Shown here: positions 62,861 to 64,000 of the stretch, piece by piece
How positions within the stretch are numbered: the stretch's first letter is position 1
Layout of the letters: each line of letters opens with the position of its first letter
NCBI GenBank assembly: GCA_965224085.1
Contig: CBDCYI010000004.1
Coordinates: 480,001-544,000 of the forward strand
Direction: 5' to 3'
From: Candidatus Marinacidobacterales bacterium
GTDB lineage: Bacteria > Acidobacteriota > Vicinamibacteria > Marinacidobacterales > SMYC01
DNA length: 64,000 nt
The notes under the pieces: generated by a model
Seen by the model: only the letters and a program-made list of their open reading frames with translations
The model's database searches: none
What the model was told of the DNA's origin: nothing
Program-made: the position numbers and the translations under genes

Positions 62861-63150
62861 TTAGGCGAAAGTGCTCGCAGTACTTGGTCCGGACAAAATT
62901 GTCAGCCGACGACGTTCAGAGCAGGGACTCCTGATCCATCGCTTCCTTGCCGTAACCGCGCTCGGCCCTGACACCGTTGTGATGGACGCCATCGCGTACC
63001 GTATCCGGTACTTGGGACAGGGTTGTTTACTCCGAGTGTCCCGCTGACCTGATTCCAGGACACCGACGGGGCCGTTGGCCTGGTTCCGCCGGAACCCTGA
63101 CTGGCACGGCGATTGCAAATTCTTCCACTGTTCAAGAGAGGAGGTGTCTA

Positions 63151-63170
63151 ACGTTAGGTTATACTAACGT
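63151..63170. promoter_or_regulatory. Palindromic operator upstream of the ArsR gene
   Basis: ACGTTAG-GTTATA-CTAACGT, a perfect 7-6-7 inverted repeat 6 nt before the ATG. Confidence 0.6.
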
Positions 63171-63176
63171 AACAGA

Positions 63177-63503
63177 ATGGAAACTATGTTTCAAGTGCTC
63201 GCCCAGCCACGGCGCGTGGAGATTCTCCGGCTGGTCAAGGACGACGAGCTCGCCGCGGGCGAGATCGCACAACGATTTGATGTCACTCGCCCGGCCATAT
63301 CGCAACACCTTCGAGTGCTACTGGATGCCGGGTTGATTTCTGTGCGCCGTGAAGGAACGAAGCGTTTGTATCGACTTCGCCCGGATGGTCTTGAACAGCT
63401 AGGCGACTTCCTGCGCGAATTCTGGTCTGGTCGTCTCGCCAAATTGAAGCGCGAAGCAGAAAGAGCCCATCGCCATGCCCGAAAACGACGCCGACAGCGT
63501 TGA
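63177..63503 (+). CDS. ArsR/SmtB-family regulator
   Basis: FQVLAQPRRVEIL, RPAISQHLRVL, RLYRL. Confidence 0.9.
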   Translation: METMFQVLAQPRRVEILRLVKDDELAAGEIAQRFDVTRPAISQHLRVLLDAGLISVRREGTKRLYRLRPDGLEQLGDFLREFWSGRLAKLKREAERAHRHARKRRRQR

Positions 63504-63891
63504 GATCTCCGTTCACGTCGAGGCGCCGCGCGACATCGTGTTTAGCTTCCTCACTGATAGCGAAAAGCTAGTTCGCTGGTTGGCGGACAGTGTCCATGCG
63601 ACGGCTCAACCCGGGGGCACGCTTCGCATAGAGGCATCGGGCGGCGAAGTCATCTCGGGCGAGTTCGTCGAGATCGTTCCCATGGAAAAGGTCGTCTTTA
63701 CGTGGGGCTGGCAGTCCTCCTTCCCCAAAATCCCGCCCGGATCCACGACGGTGGAAATCACGCTGGAGCCAGACGGCGACGGGACTGTCATGCACCTGCG
63801 CCACTTTGGTCTCCCGACGGATACGACCGACAAACACAAGCAGGGTTGGATCAAGGCGTTCGAGCGACTGTCGGGGTGCTTTTCCGACTAA
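63475..63891 (+). CDS. SRPBCC (Aha1-like) domain protein
   Basis: EAPRDIVFSFLTD, GEFVEIVP, VFTWGW, HKQGW. Confidence 0.88.
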   Translation: MPENDADSVEISVHVEAPRDIVFSFLTDSEKLVRWLADSVHATAQPGGTLRIEASGGEVISGEFVEIVPMEKVVFTWGWQSSFPKIPPGSTTVEITLEPDGDGTVMHLRHFGLPTDTTDKHKQGWIKAFERLSGCFSD

Positions 63892-63903
63892 GCGGTACGC
63901 CTT

Positions 63904-63923
63904 GCCGGGCCTCCCGGCTTTCT
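63904..63923 (+). terminator. Possible intrinsic terminator
   Basis: GCCGGG-CCT-CCCGGC followed by TTTCT. Confidence 0.4.
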
Positions 63924-64000
63924 GCAAGACTCTGGTAGACTGTCGCGGTTCCACATCGACACACACGCTGCGGAATTTCTGTTTCGGGAGAAAGTCTTTC

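Noticed and set aside
62861-63135. Short ORFs upstream of the ArsR gene
   Set aside because: No recognisable motif or RBS in any frame

Overview
GC-rich bacterial chromosomal window. The gene content (ADOP permeases with PadR, VPS10/BNR proteins, PQQ dehydrogenase, PD40 proteins) suggests an Acidobacteriota-like genome; this assignment is inference. Intact blocks are clpS-clpA-aat, gltX, ggt plus a CehA/McbA hydrolase, a three-gene oxalate-oxidoreductase-like 2-oxoacid:ferredoxin oxidoreductase, an E. coli-type frdABCD with a fifth gene, an ECF/anti-sigma locus, two PIN toxin-antitoxin pairs, carbonic anhydrase, SagB-type and RraA genes, and ArsR-SRPBCC. Between them lie many IS elements or remnants (IS200, two IS5, IS1595 nested in IS5, IS1-like, ISAzo13, IS1634) and many genes eroded by internal deletions. 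The top candidate is a cobalamin-independent methionine synthase II (MetE-like) gene whose zinc-ligand Cys codon is an in-frame TGA followed by a SECIS-like hairpin, i.e. a probable selenoprotein. Also notable are the OOR-like enzyme with a changed active-site loop and two inverted, diverged copies of a ~240-bp segment (non-coding leader plus gene start) of a DUF222/HNH-type gene. No rRNA, tRNA or CRISPR array was recognised. All family calls come from motif recognition, not database searches.
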